Below, piece after piece: positions 1 to 10,179 of a stretch of 64,000 nt of DNA (position 1 is the stretch's first letter; every line of letters starts with the position of its first letter). The stretch is from NCBI GenBank assembly GCA_945957365.1, contig CAMFKI010000018.1, forward strand, positions 4,300-68,299, written 5' to 3'. A program made the translations under genes and the position numbers. This DNA comes from an uncultured Alphaproteobacteria bacterium. GTDB taxonomy: Bacteria; Pseudomonadota; Alphaproteobacteria; Rhizobiales; Aestuariivirgaceae. The notes under the pieces are model-generated. The model was not told the origin of the DNA. It did not search any database and saw only the letters and a program-made list of their open reading frames with translations.

Positions 1-14
1 AAGGATTTCGTGCC

Positions 15-485
15 ATGAAGATGAGCACCAAGGGCCGTTACGCCGTGATGGCGATGATCGACATCGCCACCCATTCCGATGGGGCGCCGGTTTCGCTGGC
101 GGAAATCGCCGAGCGGCAGGACATTTCACAGGAATACCTGGAGCAATTGTTCGGCAAGCTGCGCAAGGCGAAGCTGGTCGAAAGCGCGCGCGGGCCCGGC
201 GGGGGCTACCGCCTGGCATGCGCCATGAGCGAGATTCCGGTTGCCAAGATCATTGCCGCCGTTGACGAGGAGTTGCAGTTCACGCGGTGCAATGGCGATG
301 CCGTCGAAGGCTGCGTGAAGGGCGACCGCTGCAACGCGCATGACCTGTGGTCGAGCCTGGGGCGCCAGATGATGGCGTTTCTGTCATCGATTACACTCGA
401 GGACGTGGTCGAGAAGCGCAACCTGGCGCTGGCCGCCACCATCAAGCAGACCAAGGACCGCCACCCGGAGGGCCAGCCGGCGTGA
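15..485 (+). CDS. iscR: Rrf2-family Fe-S cluster regulator IscR
   Basis: N-terminus MKMSTKGRYAV, RGPGGGY wing motif, three Cys plus His (CNGDAVEGCVKGDRCNAH); heads an Fe-S operon. Confidence 0.92.
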   Translation: MKMSTKGRYAVMAMIDIATHSDGAPVSLAEIAERQDISQEYLEQLFGKLRKAKLVESARGPGGGYRLACAMSEIPVAKIIAAVDEELQFTRCNGDAVEGCVKGDRCNAHDLWSSLGRQMMAFLSSITLEDVVEKRNLALAATIKQTKDRHPEGQPA

Positions 486-1564
486 GGAGCTACCTCGACC
501 ATAACGCGACCTCGACGCTCAGGCCGGAAGCCCGGGCGGCGATGGTGCGCGCAATGGATTGTACGGGGAATGCCTCCTCGGTTCACGCCGAGGGACGCGC
601 GGCGCGGAAGCTGCTGGACGATGCGCGCGAGCAGGTGGCCCGCGCCGTGGGCGTGATCCCCGCCATGGTGGTATTCACGAGCGGTGGCAGCGAGGCCAAC
701 AACATGGTGCTCAAGGGTGCGCCTGTTGAAAGGATTATCGTTTCCGCCGTCGAGCACCCTTCGGTGCTGCAGGCGGCGACGGCATCGGGCAAGCCCGTGG
801 GTATCATTCCGGTCGATGAGAACGGTGTCATCGACCTCGATGCACTGGCGGAATTGTTGCACGGGCCGAAGGCGCTGGTGAGCGTGATGATGGCCAACAA
901 CGAGACGGGCGTCGTTCAGCCATTGGCGGATGTTGTGCGGATGGCGCAGTCGCATGGTGCACTGGTGCACAGTGATGCGGTGCAGGTTCTGGGCAAGATG
1001 CCGTTGAATTTTGCGTTGCCGCCGTTGGATTTTCTGACGCTGTCGGCGCATAAGAATGGTGGTCCGGTTGGTGTTGGCGCCGTTGTCATTCGCGATGGTG
1101 TGGTTGTCGATCCGTTGATCCATGGCGGTGGCCAGGAATTGCGCCGGCGGGCCGGCACCGAGAACTTGGTGACGATTGCAGGCTTTGGCGCCGTCGCTGG
1201 CCTCAAGCAGGACGTCTGTAGCTTGCGTGACCGGCTGGAGGCAGAGCTCGAGGGTGCCGTGATTTTCGGCAGCGCCGTCGAGCGGCTTCCCAACACCACC
1301 TGCTTCGCCTTTCCCGGCATGAGGGCCGAGACGCTGCTGATGGCCTTCGACCTCGAGGGCGTTGCGGTCTCGTCCGGCTCCGCCTGCTCGTCGGGCAAGG
1401 TGGCGAAATCGCATGTGCTGGCCGCCATGGGCGTGAAGCCGGAAATCTCCGAGGCCGCCATCCGCGTATCACTCGGCTGGGACACCTCCGAACAGGACAT
1501 CGAACATTTCACTGCCGCGTGGCGCAAGATCCGCGACCGCCACAAGGCCAGGGCTGCTGCCTGA
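482..1564 (+). CDS. iscS: Cysteine desulfurase, IscS/NifS-like class I
   Basis: [23 protein letters not shown] lysine, SGSACSSG catalytic Cys; GTG start at 482 overlaps iscR stop. Confidence 0.92.
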   Translation: MRSYLDHNATSTLRPEARAAMVRAMDCTGNASSVHAEGRAARKLLDDAREQVARAVGVIPAMVVFTSGGSEANNMVLKGAPVERIIVSAVEHPSVLQAATASGKPVGIIPVDENGVIDLDALAELLHGPKALVSVMMANNETGVVQPLADVVRMAQSHGALVHSDAVQVLGKMPLNFALPPLDFLTLSAHKNGGPVGVGAVVIRDGVVVDPLIHGGGQELRRRAGTENLVTIAGFGAVAGLKQDVCSLRDRLEAELEGAVIFGSAVERLPNTTCFAFPGMRAETLLMAFDLEGVAVSSGSACSSGKVAKSHVLAAMGVKPEISEAAIRVSLGWDTSEQDIEHFTAAWRKIRDRHKARAAA

Positions 1565-1571
1565 GGGAAAC

Positions 1572-3086
1572 ATGGCTGATATTGATACGATTGCACTCGT
1601 CAAGGACATCGACGTCGACAAGTACAAATACGGCTTCACGACCGACATCGAGTCCGAATATGCGCCGAAGGGCCTGAACGAGGACACCGTTCGCTTCATC
1701 TCGAACAAGAAGAACGAGCCGGCCTGGATGCTGGAGGCCCGCCTCGAAGCCTATCGCCGCTGGCTGCAGATGGACGAGCCCACCTGGGCCAAGGTCAGCT
1801 ACCCGAAGATCGACTTCCAGGACATCTACTATTACGCAGCGCCCAAGAGCGTCTCGGCGCCGAAGAGCCTCGACGAGGTCGACCCCAAGCTGCTCGAGAC
1901 CTATGCCAAACTCGGCATTCCGCTGAAGGAGCAGGAAATCCTCGCCGGCGTCCGGAAGCAGGGCGAGAAGAGCGATCTCGACGAGGAGGGCAGCGAATAT
2001 GCCTCCGGCAAGGTGGCGGTCGATGCGGTGTTCGACTCGGTCTCCGTCGTCACCACCTTCAAGGCGGAACTCGCAAAGGCGGGCGTGATCTTCTGCTCGA
2101 TCTCGGAAGCGCTGCGCGAGCACCCGGAGCTGGTGAAGAAGTACCTCTTCTCCGTCGTGCCGCAGGGCGACAATTATTATGCGGCGCTCAATGCGGCCGT
2201 GTTCTCGGATGGCTCCTTCGTCTACGTGCCGCCCGGCGTGCGCTGCCCGATGGAGCTCTCGACCTATTTCCGCATGAACGCCAAGAACACCGGCCAGTTC
2301 GAGCGCACGCTGATCATCGCCGACAAGGGCTCCTACGTCTCCTATCTCGAAGGCTGCACCGCGCCGACGCGCGAGGAGAGCCAGCTCCATGCCGCGGTCG
2401 TGGAGCTCATCGCGCTGGACGATGCCGAGATCAAGTATTCGACGGTGCAGAACTGGTACCCCGGCGACGCCGAGGGCAAGGGCGGCGTCTACAATTTCGT
2501 CACCAAGCGCGGCGACTGCCGTGGGCCCCGTTCCAAGATTTCGTGGACGCAGGTGGAGACCGGTTCAGCCATCACCTGGAAGTATCCCAGCTGCATCCTG
2601 CGCGGTGAGGAATCGCGCGGCGAGTTCTACTCGATCGCCATTTCCAATGGCCGCCAGCAGGTCGACTCGGGCACCAAGATGATCCACCTCGGCAAGAACA
2701 CGTCGAGCCGCATCATCTCCAAGGGCATCGCGGCGGGCCGCTCCGACAACACCTATCGCGGCCTCGTCTCGGCGCATCGCAAGGCGCTGAACGCGCGCAA
2801 CTTCACGCAGTGCGACTCGCTCTTGATCGGCGACAAGTGCGGCGCGCATACGGTTCCTTACATCGAGGCCAAGACCTCGACGGCGCAGTTCGAACACGAG
2901 GCGACGACGTCCAAGATCTCGGACGACCAGATGTTCTACTGCATGTCGCGCGGGCTTAGCCAAGAAGAGGCCGTGGCGCTGATCGTCAACGGCTTCGTGC
3001 GCGACGTGCTGCAGCAGCTGCCCATGGAATTCATGGCCGAGACGCAGAAGTTGATCGGCATCTCGCTGGAAGGAAGCGTGGGGTGA
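1572..3086 (+). CDS. sufB: Fe-S cluster assembly protein SufB
   Basis: YKYGF..., [38 protein letters not shown]-terminal LEGSVG. Confidence 0.97.
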   Translation: MADIDTIALVKDIDVDKYKYGFTTDIESEYAPKGLNEDTVRFISNKKNEPAWMLEARLEAYRRWLQMDEPTWAKVSYPKIDFQDIYYYAAPKSVSAPKSLDEVDPKLLETYAKLGIPLKEQEILAGVRKQGEKSDLDEEGSEYASGKVAVDAVFDSVSVVTTFKAELAKAGVIFCSISEALREHPELVKKYLFSVVPQGDNYYAALNAAVFSDGSFVYVPPGVRCPMELSTYFRMNAKNTGQFERTLIIADKGSYVSYLEGCTAPTREESQLHAAVVELIALDDAEIKYSTVQNWYPGDAEGKGGVYNFVTKRGDCRGPRSKISWTQVETGSAITWKYPSCILRGEESRGEFYSIAISNGRQQVDSGTKMIHLGKNTSSRIISKGIAAGRSDNTYRGLVSAHRKALNARNFTQCDSLLIGDKCGAHTVPYIEAKTSTAQFEHEATTSKISDDQMFYCMSRGLSQEEAVALIVNGFVRDVLQQLPMEFMAETQKLIGISLEGSVG

Positions 3087-3268
3087 CCCTGACCTTCCTC
3101 GATATCGCACTGCCCATCGGGCTGGCGCTGGTCTTCGCGGTGTTCCGCTATGGCCAGTACCGCTTGGCCGAACCCAAAACCGCCCTGCCGAAGGCGGCGG
3201 CCGATGGCGTCAAGGGCGCCATTGGCCTTGCCGTCATCACGCTCGGCTACAAGTACTTCACTCATTGA
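3083..3268 (+). CDS. Small hypothetical membrane protein (61 aa, two hydrophobic segments)
   Basis: GTG start overlaps sufB TGA; ends 4 nt before sufC ATG; fills the sufB-sufC gap; host-like codon usage. Confidence 0.65.
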   Translation: MTLTFLDIALPIGLALVFAVFRYGQYRLAEPKTALPKAAADGVKGAIGLAVITLGYKYFTH

Positions 3269-3272
3269 GGCG

Positions 3273-4040
3273 ATGACCGTGACCCTTCTCAATATCGACA
3301 ACCTGCATGTGAAGCTCGAAGACGAGGACCGCGAGATCATCCGCGGCCTGTCGCTCACCGTGAAGCCGGGCGAGGTGCATGCCATCATGGGGCCGAACGG
3401 ATCCGGCAAGTCGACGCTGTCCTATGTGCTCGCGGGCCGCGAGGGCTATGAGGTGACGGAAGGCTCCGTCACCTTCAAGGGCGAGGACCTGCTGGAGATG
3501 CCGCCGGAAGAGCGTGCGGCCAAGGGCGTGTTCCTGGCCTTCCAGTATCCGATCGAGATCCCCGGCGTTGCCACCATGCAGTTCCTCAAGGTGGCGCTCA
3601 ATTCGCAGCGCAAGGCGCGCGGCGAGAAGGAGCTTTCGACGCCCGACTTCATGCGTTTGGTGAAGGAGCGCGCGGCCAAGCTGAACGTGAGCCAGGACAT
3701 GCTGAAGCGCCCCGTCAACGTGGGCTTCTCGGGCGGCGAGAAGAAGCGCGCCGAAATCCTGCAGATGGCGGTGCTGGAGCCCTCGCTCTGCATCCTCGAC
3801 GAGACCGATAGCGGCCTCGACATCGATGCGCTGCGCATCGTGGCCGATGGCGTCAACGCGCTGCGCTCGCCGGATCGCGGCATGATCGTCATCACCCACT
3901 ACCAGCGCCTGCTCGACTACATCGTGCCGGACTATGTGCATGTGCTGTCCAAGGGCCGCATCGTGAAGTCGGGCGACAAGCACCTGGCGCTGGAACTCGA
4001 AGAGAAGGGCTACGCCGAATTCACGCAGGACGCGGCATGA
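3273..4040 (+). CDS. sufC: Fe-S assembly ATPase SufC
   Basis: GPNGSGKST Walker A, FLAFQYPIEIPG, GFSGGEKKR, ILDETDSGLD; start reassigned to ATG 3273. Confidence 0.97.
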   Translation: MTVTLLNIDNLHVKLEDEDREIIRGLSLTVKPGEVHAIMGPNGSGKSTLSYVLAGREGYEVTEGSVTFKGEDLLEMPPEERAAKGVFLAFQYPIEIPGVATMQFLKVALNSQRKARGEKELSTPDFMRLVKERAAKLNVSQDMLKRPVNVGFSGGEKKRAEILQMAVLEPSLCILDETDSGLDIDALRIVADGVNALRSPDRGMIVITHYQRLLDYIVPDYVHVLSKGRIVKSGDKHLALELEEKGYAEFTQDAA

Positions 4041-5209
4041 GCACTGCAATTGCAAAGACGGCCGCCGAGGAGGCGCTGGGCTTCCAGCTGCCGCACCGGC
4101 GCATGGAAGACTGGCGCTGGACCGACCTGCGCCAGCTGATCGACAAGCCCTATCCGCCGCGCCAGAAGGTGCGGGCGTTGCCGGGCGATGTGGAGCGGCT
4201 GATCGGGAGTTCGATCTTCTCAGGGATCGCCGCCACGCGCATGGTCTTCGTCAACGGCGAATATGATGCCGCGCATTCGAAGCTCGCCAATTCCTACGTC
4301 GAGTCCAGGTCCGAGCTGAGCGACCCGGTGAACCTGATGAACGTCGCCTTCGCCACCGATGGCGCAAGGCTGCGGATCGAGGGCAATGTCGATACGCCGA
4401 TCGAGCTGATCTTCATTGCGACCGATGCCTCCCCGCGCACCGTGGCGACGCGCAACGTGATCGAGGTGGCGGACGACGCGTCGGCCACCATCATCGAGAC
4501 GCATCTGGGCGAGGGCAGCTACCTCGCCAATTCGGTGACCGAGATCTGGGTCGGCAACAATGCCCGCCTCGACCGAGTGAAGGTGGAACTCGAGTCGCAT
4601 GACGCCGTGCACTTGGCACATTGCCATGTGGTCGTCGGCCACAGCGTGACCTTCCGCGACTTCACGCTGACGACGGGCGCGAAGCTCAACCGCCAGGACG
4701 GCACCTTCCGCTTCGTCGGCGAATTCGCCGATGCCAAGGTGTCGGGCGCCTACATGCTCGCCGCCAAGCAGCATGCCGATACCCGCCTCGTCGTAGACCA
4801 CGAGGTGCCGAACTGCGCCAGCCGCGAGCTGTTCAAGTGCGTGATGGACGACCATGCCCGCGGCATCTTCCAGGGCAAGGTGATCGTGAGGCCCGGCGCG
4901 CAGAAGACCGACGGCAAGCAGTCGAGCCATGCGCTGCTGCTGTCCGAAACGTCCGAGTTCGATGCCAAGCCCGAGCTCGAGATCTATGCCGATGACGTGG
5001 CCTGCGGCCATGGCGCGACGTCGGGCGACCTCAACCACGACCATGTCTTCTACCTGAAGTCCCGTGGCGTGCCGGAGGCGGAAGCCAAGGCGCTGCTGAT
5101 CGCCGCCTTCGTGGGCGAGGCCTTCGACATGATCCACCATGACGGCATCAAGGCCGCGTTGGAAGACTTCGCCGCGCGTTGGCTGACCGAGCACCGGAGG
5201 AAGGGCTGA
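4037..5209 (+). CDS. sufD: Fe-S assembly protein SufD
   Basis: EDWRWTDL, FQGKVIV, KTDGKQSSHALLLS, KPELEIYADDVACGHGAT. Confidence 0.95.
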   Translation: MSTAIAKTAAEEALGFQLPHRRMEDWRWTDLRQLIDKPYPPRQKVRALPGDVERLIGSSIFSGIAATRMVFVNGEYDAAHSKLANSYVESRSELSDPVNLMNVAFATDGARLRIEGNVDTPIELIFIATDASPRTVATRNVIEVADDASATIIETHLGEGSYLANSVTEIWVGNNARLDRVKVELESHDAVHLAHCHVVVGHSVTFRDFTLTTGAKLNRQDGTFRFVGEFADAKVSGAYMLAAKQHADTRLVVDHEVPNCASRELFKCVMDDHARGIFQGKVIVRPGAQKTDGKQSSHALLLSETSEFDAKPELEIYADDVACGHGATSGDLNHDHVFYLKSRGVPEAEAKALLIAAFVGEAFDMIHHDGIKAALEDFAARWLTEHRRKG

Positions 5210-6429
5210 TGGCTTACGACGTCCAGGCCATCCGCAAGGATTTCCCGATCCTGTCGCGCCAGGTCTATGGCAAGCCGCTGGTCTATCTCGACAACGGCGC
5301 CTCGGCCCAGAAGCCGCAGGTGGTGCTGGACACCATGATGAAGGCCTACACGGAAGACTACGCCAACGTGCACCGGGGCCTGCATTACCTCTCCAACGCC
5401 GCCACCCAGGCCTTCGAGGATGCGCGCGAGAGCGTGAAGCGTTTCCTCAACGCGCCCTCGGCCGAGCAGATCATCTTCACCCGCAACGCGACCGAAGCCA
5501 TCAACCTCGTGGCGCAGAGCTATGGAGGCATGGTGATCGGGGAGGGGGACGAGATCGTGCTCTCGATCCTCGAGCACCATTCCAACATCGTGCCGTGGGA
5601 CTTCCACAGGAAGCGCTGCGGTGCCGTTCTGAAGTGGGCGCCGATCGACGATGAGGGCAATTTCCTGCTCGAGGAATTCGAGAAGCTGCTGACGCCGCGC
5701 ACCAGGATCGTGGCCATCACCCAGATGTCCAACGCGCTCGGCACCATCGTGCCGGTGGCGGAGGTGATCAAGCTCGCCCATGCGCGGGGCATCCCGGTGC
5801 TGGTCGATGGTTCGCAGTCGGCCGTGCACATGGGCATCGACGTGCAGACGCTCGATGCCGACTTCTTCGTCTTCACCGGCCACAAGACCTATGGGCCCAC
5901 CGGCATCGGCGTGCTCTATGGCAAGAAGGAGCTGCTCGCCAGCATGCCGCCCTACCAGGGTGGTGGTGAAATGATTGCAGAAGTGACGACGGATTTCGTC
6001 ACTTACAACGATCCGCCGCACCGCTTCGAGGCGGGCACGCCGGCGATCGTGCAGGCGATCGGGCTGGGCGCCGCGCTCGACTACATGCGTGGCGTGGGAC
6101 TCGACAACATCGCCGCCCACGAGGCGCTGCTGCGCGACCGTGCCATGGAACGGCTGTCGGAGATCAATTCGCTGCGCATTTACGGGCGCGCCAAGCACAA
6201 GGGCGCCATCGTCTCCTTCACCATGGAGGGGGCGCATGCGCATGATGTCGCCACCGTGATCGACCGCGCGGGCGTTGCCGTCCGTGCCGGCACCCATTGC
6301 ACCCAGCCGCTGCTGCAGCGCTTCGGCGTCACCGCCACCTGCCGCGCTTCCTTCGCCATGTACAACACCCTCGAAGAGGTTGATGTTCTGGCCGAAGCGC
6401 TTATCTCTGCCCGGAGGATATTCGGATGA
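5209..6429 (+). CDS. sufS: Cysteine desulfurase SufS (class II)
   Basis: LVYLDNGASAQKP, ANVHRG, FTGHK, RFEAGTP, RAGTHC; ATG at 5209 overlaps sufD stop. Confidence 0.95.
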   Translation: MAYDVQAIRKDFPILSRQVYGKPLVYLDNGASAQKPQVVLDTMMKAYTEDYANVHRGLHYLSNAATQAFEDARESVKRFLNAPSAEQIIFTRNATEAINLVAQSYGGMVIGEGDEIVLSILEHHSNIVPWDFHRKRCGAVLKWAPIDDEGNFLLEEFEKLLTPRTRIVAITQMSNALGTIVPVAEVIKLAHARGIPVLVDGSQSAVHMGIDVQTLDADFFVFTGHKTYGPTGIGVLYGKKELLASMPPYQGGGEMIAEVTTDFVTYNDPPHRFEAGTPAIVQAIGLGAALDYMRGVGLDNIAAHEALLRDRAMERLSEINSLRIYGRAKHKGAIVSFTMEGAHAHDVATVIDRAGVAVRAGTHCTQPLLQRFGVTATCRASFAMYNTLEEVDVLAEALISARRIFG

Positions 6430-6806
6430 CCGATGCCGCGACCGAGACCAAGCCCGCCACCGACATTGCGCCGAACCCCTCGGCCATTCCGCCGGACGAG
6501 CTGGCGCGCCTGACGGACGACATCGTCGCGGCGCTGAAGACCGTCTATGACCCGGAAATCCCGGTCGACATCTATGAGTTGGGCCTCATCTACAAGGTCG
6601 ACATCGACGACGACCGCAACGTCGCCATCGAGATGACGCTGACCGCGCCCGGCTGCCCCGTCGCGGGCGACATGCCGGGCTGGGTCGAGAATGCCGTCTC
6701 GGCCGTGCAGGGCGTGCAGAGCTGCCGCGCCACCATCGTCTTCGATCCGCCGTGGGACCACAGCCGCATGTCGGAAGAGGCCCGCGTCGCCATGAACATG
6801 TGGTAA
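6426..6806 (+). CDS. sufT: SUF system DUF59/MIP18 protein SufT
   Basis: VYDPEIPVDIYELGLIY, MTLTAPGCPVAG, VFDPPW. Confidence 0.9.
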   Translation: MTDAATETKPATDIAPNPSAIPPDELARLTDDIVAALKTVYDPEIPVDIYELGLIYKVDIDDDRNVAIEMTLTAPGCPVAGDMPGWVENAVSAVQGVQSCRATIVFDPPWDHSRMSEEARVAMNMW

Positions 6807-6816
6807 GGAGTTACGT

Positions 6817-7185
6817 ATGGCATCCGCTTCACGTCCCATTCCCCAGGTCATGAAACTGACCGACGCCGCCGCCGACCGTGTGCGCGAGATCATGGCGAAG
6901 TCGGACAAGCCCGTGGTGGGCCTGCGCATCGGCGTCAAGAATGGCGGCTGTGCGGGCATGGAATACACCATGGAATGGGCCGAGGACCAGAAGCCCTTCG
7001 ACGAGGTCGTCGAGGACAAGGGCGTCAAGGTGCTGATCGACGCCAAGGCGATGATGTTCCTGCTCGGCACCGAGATGGACTACCAGACCACCACGCTGAA
7101 ATCGGGCTTCGTGTTCAACAACCCCAACCAGGTCTCGGCCTGCGGTTGCGGCGAGAGCGTGCAGCTGAAGGCGGCGGCGACGTAG
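6817..7185 (+). CDS. sufA: A-type Fe-S carrier SufA/IscA
   Basis: GGCAGMEY and FNNPN..SACGCGES motifs. Confidence 0.93.
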   Translation: MASASRPIPQVMKLTDAAADRVREIMAKSDKPVVGLRIGVKNGGCAGMEYTMEWAEDQKPFDEVVEDKGVKVLIDAKAMMFLLGTEMDYQTTTLKSGFVFNNPNQVSACGCGESVQLKAAAT

Positions 7186-7214
7186 GGCTGCCGGTTCTCC
7201 CTTCACTCACTCCC

Positions 7215-7280
7215 CCATTCACCTTGCGCGGGCTTGACCCGCCCATCCTCTTACTGGATTGGGCTTTCGCCGGGATGACG
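7215..7280. repeat. Possible degenerate REP-like intergenic element
   Basis: gcgggcttgacccgc palindrome followed by ...ccgggatgacg, resembling alphaproteobacterial intergenic palindromes; recognised by eye only. Confidence 0.3.
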
Positions 7281-7341
7281 ACCGACGGTGGTTGCGCTAG
7301 TGTTGTGCCGGGAACGAGGTGCGATTCACGAGGTGTCTGCC

Positions 7342-7764
7342 ATGCGCAAGCTGCCCTTGCTGGCCGCGTTCCTGTTCCTCCTTCCCGTTCCGCTCCACGC
7401 CGATGACGATGCCGATCCCAATGCGGGGGTCACCGGCGAGCATGACTTCAACATGTATTGTGCGAGCTGCCATGGCGAGGACGCCAGGGGCAATGGCCCC
7501 AAGGCCTTCAGCCTGGCCAAGAAGCCGCCGGACCTGACGACTCTCAGCCAGCGCTATGGCGCATTCCCGAGCGACAAGCTGGCGCGGATGATCGACGGAC
7601 GCGACCCGGTTCCGGGCCACGGCGAGCGCGAGATGCCGGTGTGGGGTGTGTGGTTCAAGGCGGAATCGGCCCAGGAACTGGGCGGGGCGGAAGGCGACGA
7701 GGCCTCGGTGCAGCGCCGCGTCGACAATCTCATCGGCTATATCGAGGGGCTGCAGGTGAAATAG
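7342..7764 (+). CDS. Periplasmic monoheme c-type cytochrome
   Basis: Signal peptide MRKLPLLAAFLFLLPVPLHA, CASCH heme motif, REMPVWG putative Met ligand; start set at ATG 7342. Confidence 0.88.
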   Translation: MRKLPLLAAFLFLLPVPLHADDDADPNAGVTGEHDFNMYCASCHGEDARGNGPKAFSLAKKPPDLTTLSQRYGAFPSDKLARMIDGRDPVPGHGEREMPVWGVWFKAESAQELGGAEGDEASVQRRVDNLIGYIEGLQVK

Positions 7765-7766
7765 GG

Positions 7767-7799
7767 GCCCCGCGCCGGCGGCACGGGGCGTTTGTGTTT
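7767..7799 (+). terminator. Probable intrinsic terminator
   Basis: gccccg...cggggc stem followed by gtttgtgttt, just after the cytochrome c stop and between convergent genes. Confidence 0.55.
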
Positions 7800-8008
7800 C
7801 AGAATATCTTCAGCAGGGCGCTGAACATGCCGGCCAGCTGCTGCGGGTCGGCGTCCGCCGGCCACGCCGACGCGGCATGGGCGGCCACGACGGGCACGAA
7901 GACCAGCGCCATCATCAGGATGACGATCATGCCGACGTCGTCGGACTGGCCGCCTTCTGCGACGGCCTTTCGGGACATGAAGAGAGACTTGAAGATCATG
8001 GGGTTCAC
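7799..8008 (-). CDS. Small hypothetical membrane protein (69 aa)
   Basis: GTG start preceded by ggaaagag; central hydrophobic stretch VGMIVILMMALVFVPVVAA. Confidence 0.5.
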   Translation of the reverse strand: MNPMIFKSLFMSRKAVAEGGQSDDVGMIVILMMALVFVPVVAAHAASAWPADADPQQLAGMFSALLKIF

Positions 8009-8223
8009 CTCTTTCCGACCAGCCGTTACCGGTGGCGGGGGTGAACCGAGGAAAACTCAGTAACCCGCGCGGGCCAGTAACGGCATGGTCGATCGACTAT
8101 GACTGTCGCTTGGCATGGGGTTTTCGGGTTCCTGTTGAGCATGGAGCGGGAGTCCGCGCCACGTTTCCGACATGGACCGGGACACGCGGTCTGTCAAGGC
8201 AAAATGGCATGTCCGGCCCGCCG

Positions 8224-8249
8224 GGAACCAGTGCGGCGCCCGGCGGGTT
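8224..8249 (+). promoter_or_regulatory. Candidate sigma-EcfG (general stress) promoter
   Basis: GGAAC-N17-GGTT versus consensus GGAAC-N16/17-CGTT, 28 nt upstream of ATG 8278. Confidence 0.45.
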
Positions 8250-8277
8250 TCCCTCCGTAACCCAATGGAGGTCCCTC

Positions 8278-8604
8278 ATGGCCGACGAGACCCGCAACCG
8301 AACCGCCGAAGCGCCCGCGAAACGCGAGGAGCGCGACGCCCTCCACACGGCGGTGAACGCCCTGGACGAGGAACCGGGCCAGCGCCCGGAAGCATTGTCG
8401 CAATTCGCCGAATCGGCCCGTGACGGCGAGGACAGCCCCAAAGAACTGACCGCCGACCAGGAGACCAAGCCCCGCCCCACCTCCAACAAGGTGAAGCACA
8501 AGGTGGCGACCCGCATCCTGCATGACGGGGCCGAGGGCGAGCACCCAGACCCCAAGGCCGAGGGCGCGGACCAGCTACCGGATCGCATCATCGACCGCGG
8601 CTGA
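8278..8604 (+). CDS. Hydrophilic, charged hypothetical protein (108 aa)
   Basis: RBS ggagg before ATG 8278; E/D/R/K-rich low-complexity sequence. Confidence 0.65.
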   Translation: MADETRNRTAEAPAKREERDALHTAVNALDEEPGQRPEALSQFAESARDGEDSPKELTADQETKPRPTSNKVKHKVATRILHDGAEGEHPDPKAEGADQLPDRIIDRG

Positions 8605-8610
8605 CCGCTC

Positions 8611-9546
8611 CTATTCCGCCGGAATGGCGGGGCGCGACTGGGCGTAGAGTGCGGCGATGGCACAGGAAGCCAGCCGCGCCCGGACCGTATCGGCCCGCGA
8701 GGTGAGCACGATCGGCACGCGCGCGCCGACGACGAGCCCCGCCGCATCGGCATTGGCGAGGAACGACAGGTTCTTCGCCAGCATGTTGCCGGCCTCGAGA
8801 TCCGGTACCACGAGGATCTGGGCGCGGCCGGCCACCTCGCCATGGATGTTCTTGATCTTCGCCGCGGCCATGTCGATGGCGTTGTCGAAGGCCAGCGGGC
8901 CGTCGACATAGGCACCGGTGATTTGGCCGCGCTCGGCCATCTTGCACAGGGCCGCCGCCTCGATGGTCGAGGGGATCTTGGTGGTCACCGTCTCCACCGC
9001 CGACAGGATCGCGACCCGCGGCATGCCGAGGCCGATCTGGACGTGGAGGTCGATGGCGTTCTGGACGATGTCGACCTTGGTATCGAGGTCGGGAAAGATG
9101 TTGATTGCCGCATCGGTGATGAACAGGGTCTCGGCATAGGTCGGCACGTCCATCACGAAGACGTGGCTGATGCGCCGCGCGGTGCGGAGCCCCGTGGTCG
9201 ACGAGGTCACCTCGTGCATCAGCTCATCGGTGTGGAGGCTGCCCTTCATGAGGAGTGCGCCTTCCCCCGCCCGGATCAGCGCCACCGCCTGGGCGGCGGC
9301 GGCATGGCTGTGCGGGGCATCGACGAGGCGGAAGCCCGCGATGTCGGCGCCGGCCTTCTCGGCCGCGGCCTCGATCCGGGCGCGCGGGCCCACCAGGATG
9401 GGACTGATGATGCCGAGCTGGGCGGCCTCGACGGCGCCCGTCAGCGAGGTCTCGTCACAGGGATGGACGACGACGGTGGGGGTAGGCTCGAGCGCCCTGG
9501 TGCGCTCGATCAGCCGCTCGTATTTGGCGTGGTTCTGCGTGTCCAA
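8611..9546 (-). CDS. Phosphate acetyl/butyryltransferase (PTA_PTB family)
   Basis: LLMKGSLHT, RRISHVF, ITDAAINIFP, DGPLAFDNA, PDLEAGNMLAK, PIVLTSRAD. Confidence 0.92.
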   Translation of the reverse strand: MDTQNHAKYERLIERTRALEPTPTVVVHPCDETSLTGAVEAAQLGIISPILVGPRARIEAAAEKAGADIAGFRLVDAPHSHAAAAQAVALIRAGEGALLMKGSLHTDELMHEVTSSTTGLRTARRISHVFVMDVPTYAETLFITDAAINIFPDLDTKVDIVQNAIDLHVQIGLGMPRVAILSAVETVTTKIPSTIEAAALCKMAERGQITGAYVDGPLAFDNAIDMAAAKIKNIHGEVAGRAQILVVPDLEAGNMLAKNLSFLANADAAGLVVGARVPIVLTSRADTVRARLASCAIAALYAQSRPAIPAE

Positions 9547-9615
9547 TCGGCTCTCCAGACTTGCCCCGGGTTGTGCTAGCGTGCGGCCAGTTTAGCCAAA
9601 CTGGGGGAGATTGAC

Positions 9616-10179
9616 ATGGCGATGCGCGAATTCTTTACGGCGATGTGGCGGACCATCCTGCTGCGCGGGCTGGCGAGCCTGATTTTCGGCGTCCTCGCCT
9701 TCGTCTATCCCGGCGTGACGCTGGCCGTGGTGGTGACGCTGTTCGGCGTCTATGCCCTGGTCGACGGCCTGCTGGGCCTGTGGGGCGCCTACCGCGGCAA
9801 GGAGGAGGGGACCTCGGTCACCAGCCTGCTGACCGCGCTGGTGAGCATCGTGGCGGGCCTGGTCTGCCTGTTGGCGCCGGATTTCGCCACCCGTTACGTG
9901 GTGGTGCTGGTCGGCTTCTGGAACATCGCCGCCGGCCTGCTGCAGCTGATCGGCGCGCTGGTCATGTGGAAGGACATCGAGAAGCCCGGCCTGCTTGCGC
10001 TGGCGGGCGTGGCCGGCGCCGTGCTGGGCGGGATCATCGCGTTCAACCCGTCCTTTGCCGCCGAGACCATGATCCGGATCATCGCGGCGACGGCGGTTCT
10101 GGTCGGCCTCGTGCTGCTGGTCTTCGGCTGGCAGCTGCGGACCGCGGCGCAGAATTTCATGAAGGCGCGCGGGGCCTAG
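9616..10179 (+). CDS. HdeD/DUF308 family membrane protein
   Basis: W..ILLRGLASLIFGVLAFVYPG.T motif, FGVYALVDG, six hydrophobic segments; RBS gggag. Confidence 0.85.
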   Translation: MAMREFFTAMWRTILLRGLASLIFGVLAFVYPGVTLAVVVTLFGVYALVDGLLGLWGAYRGKEEGTSVTSLLTALVSIVAGLVCLLAPDFATRYVVVLVGFWNIAAGLLQLIGALVMWKDIEKPGLLALAGVAGAVLGGIIAFNPSFAAETMIRIIAATAVLVGLVLLVFGWQLRTAAQNFMKARGA

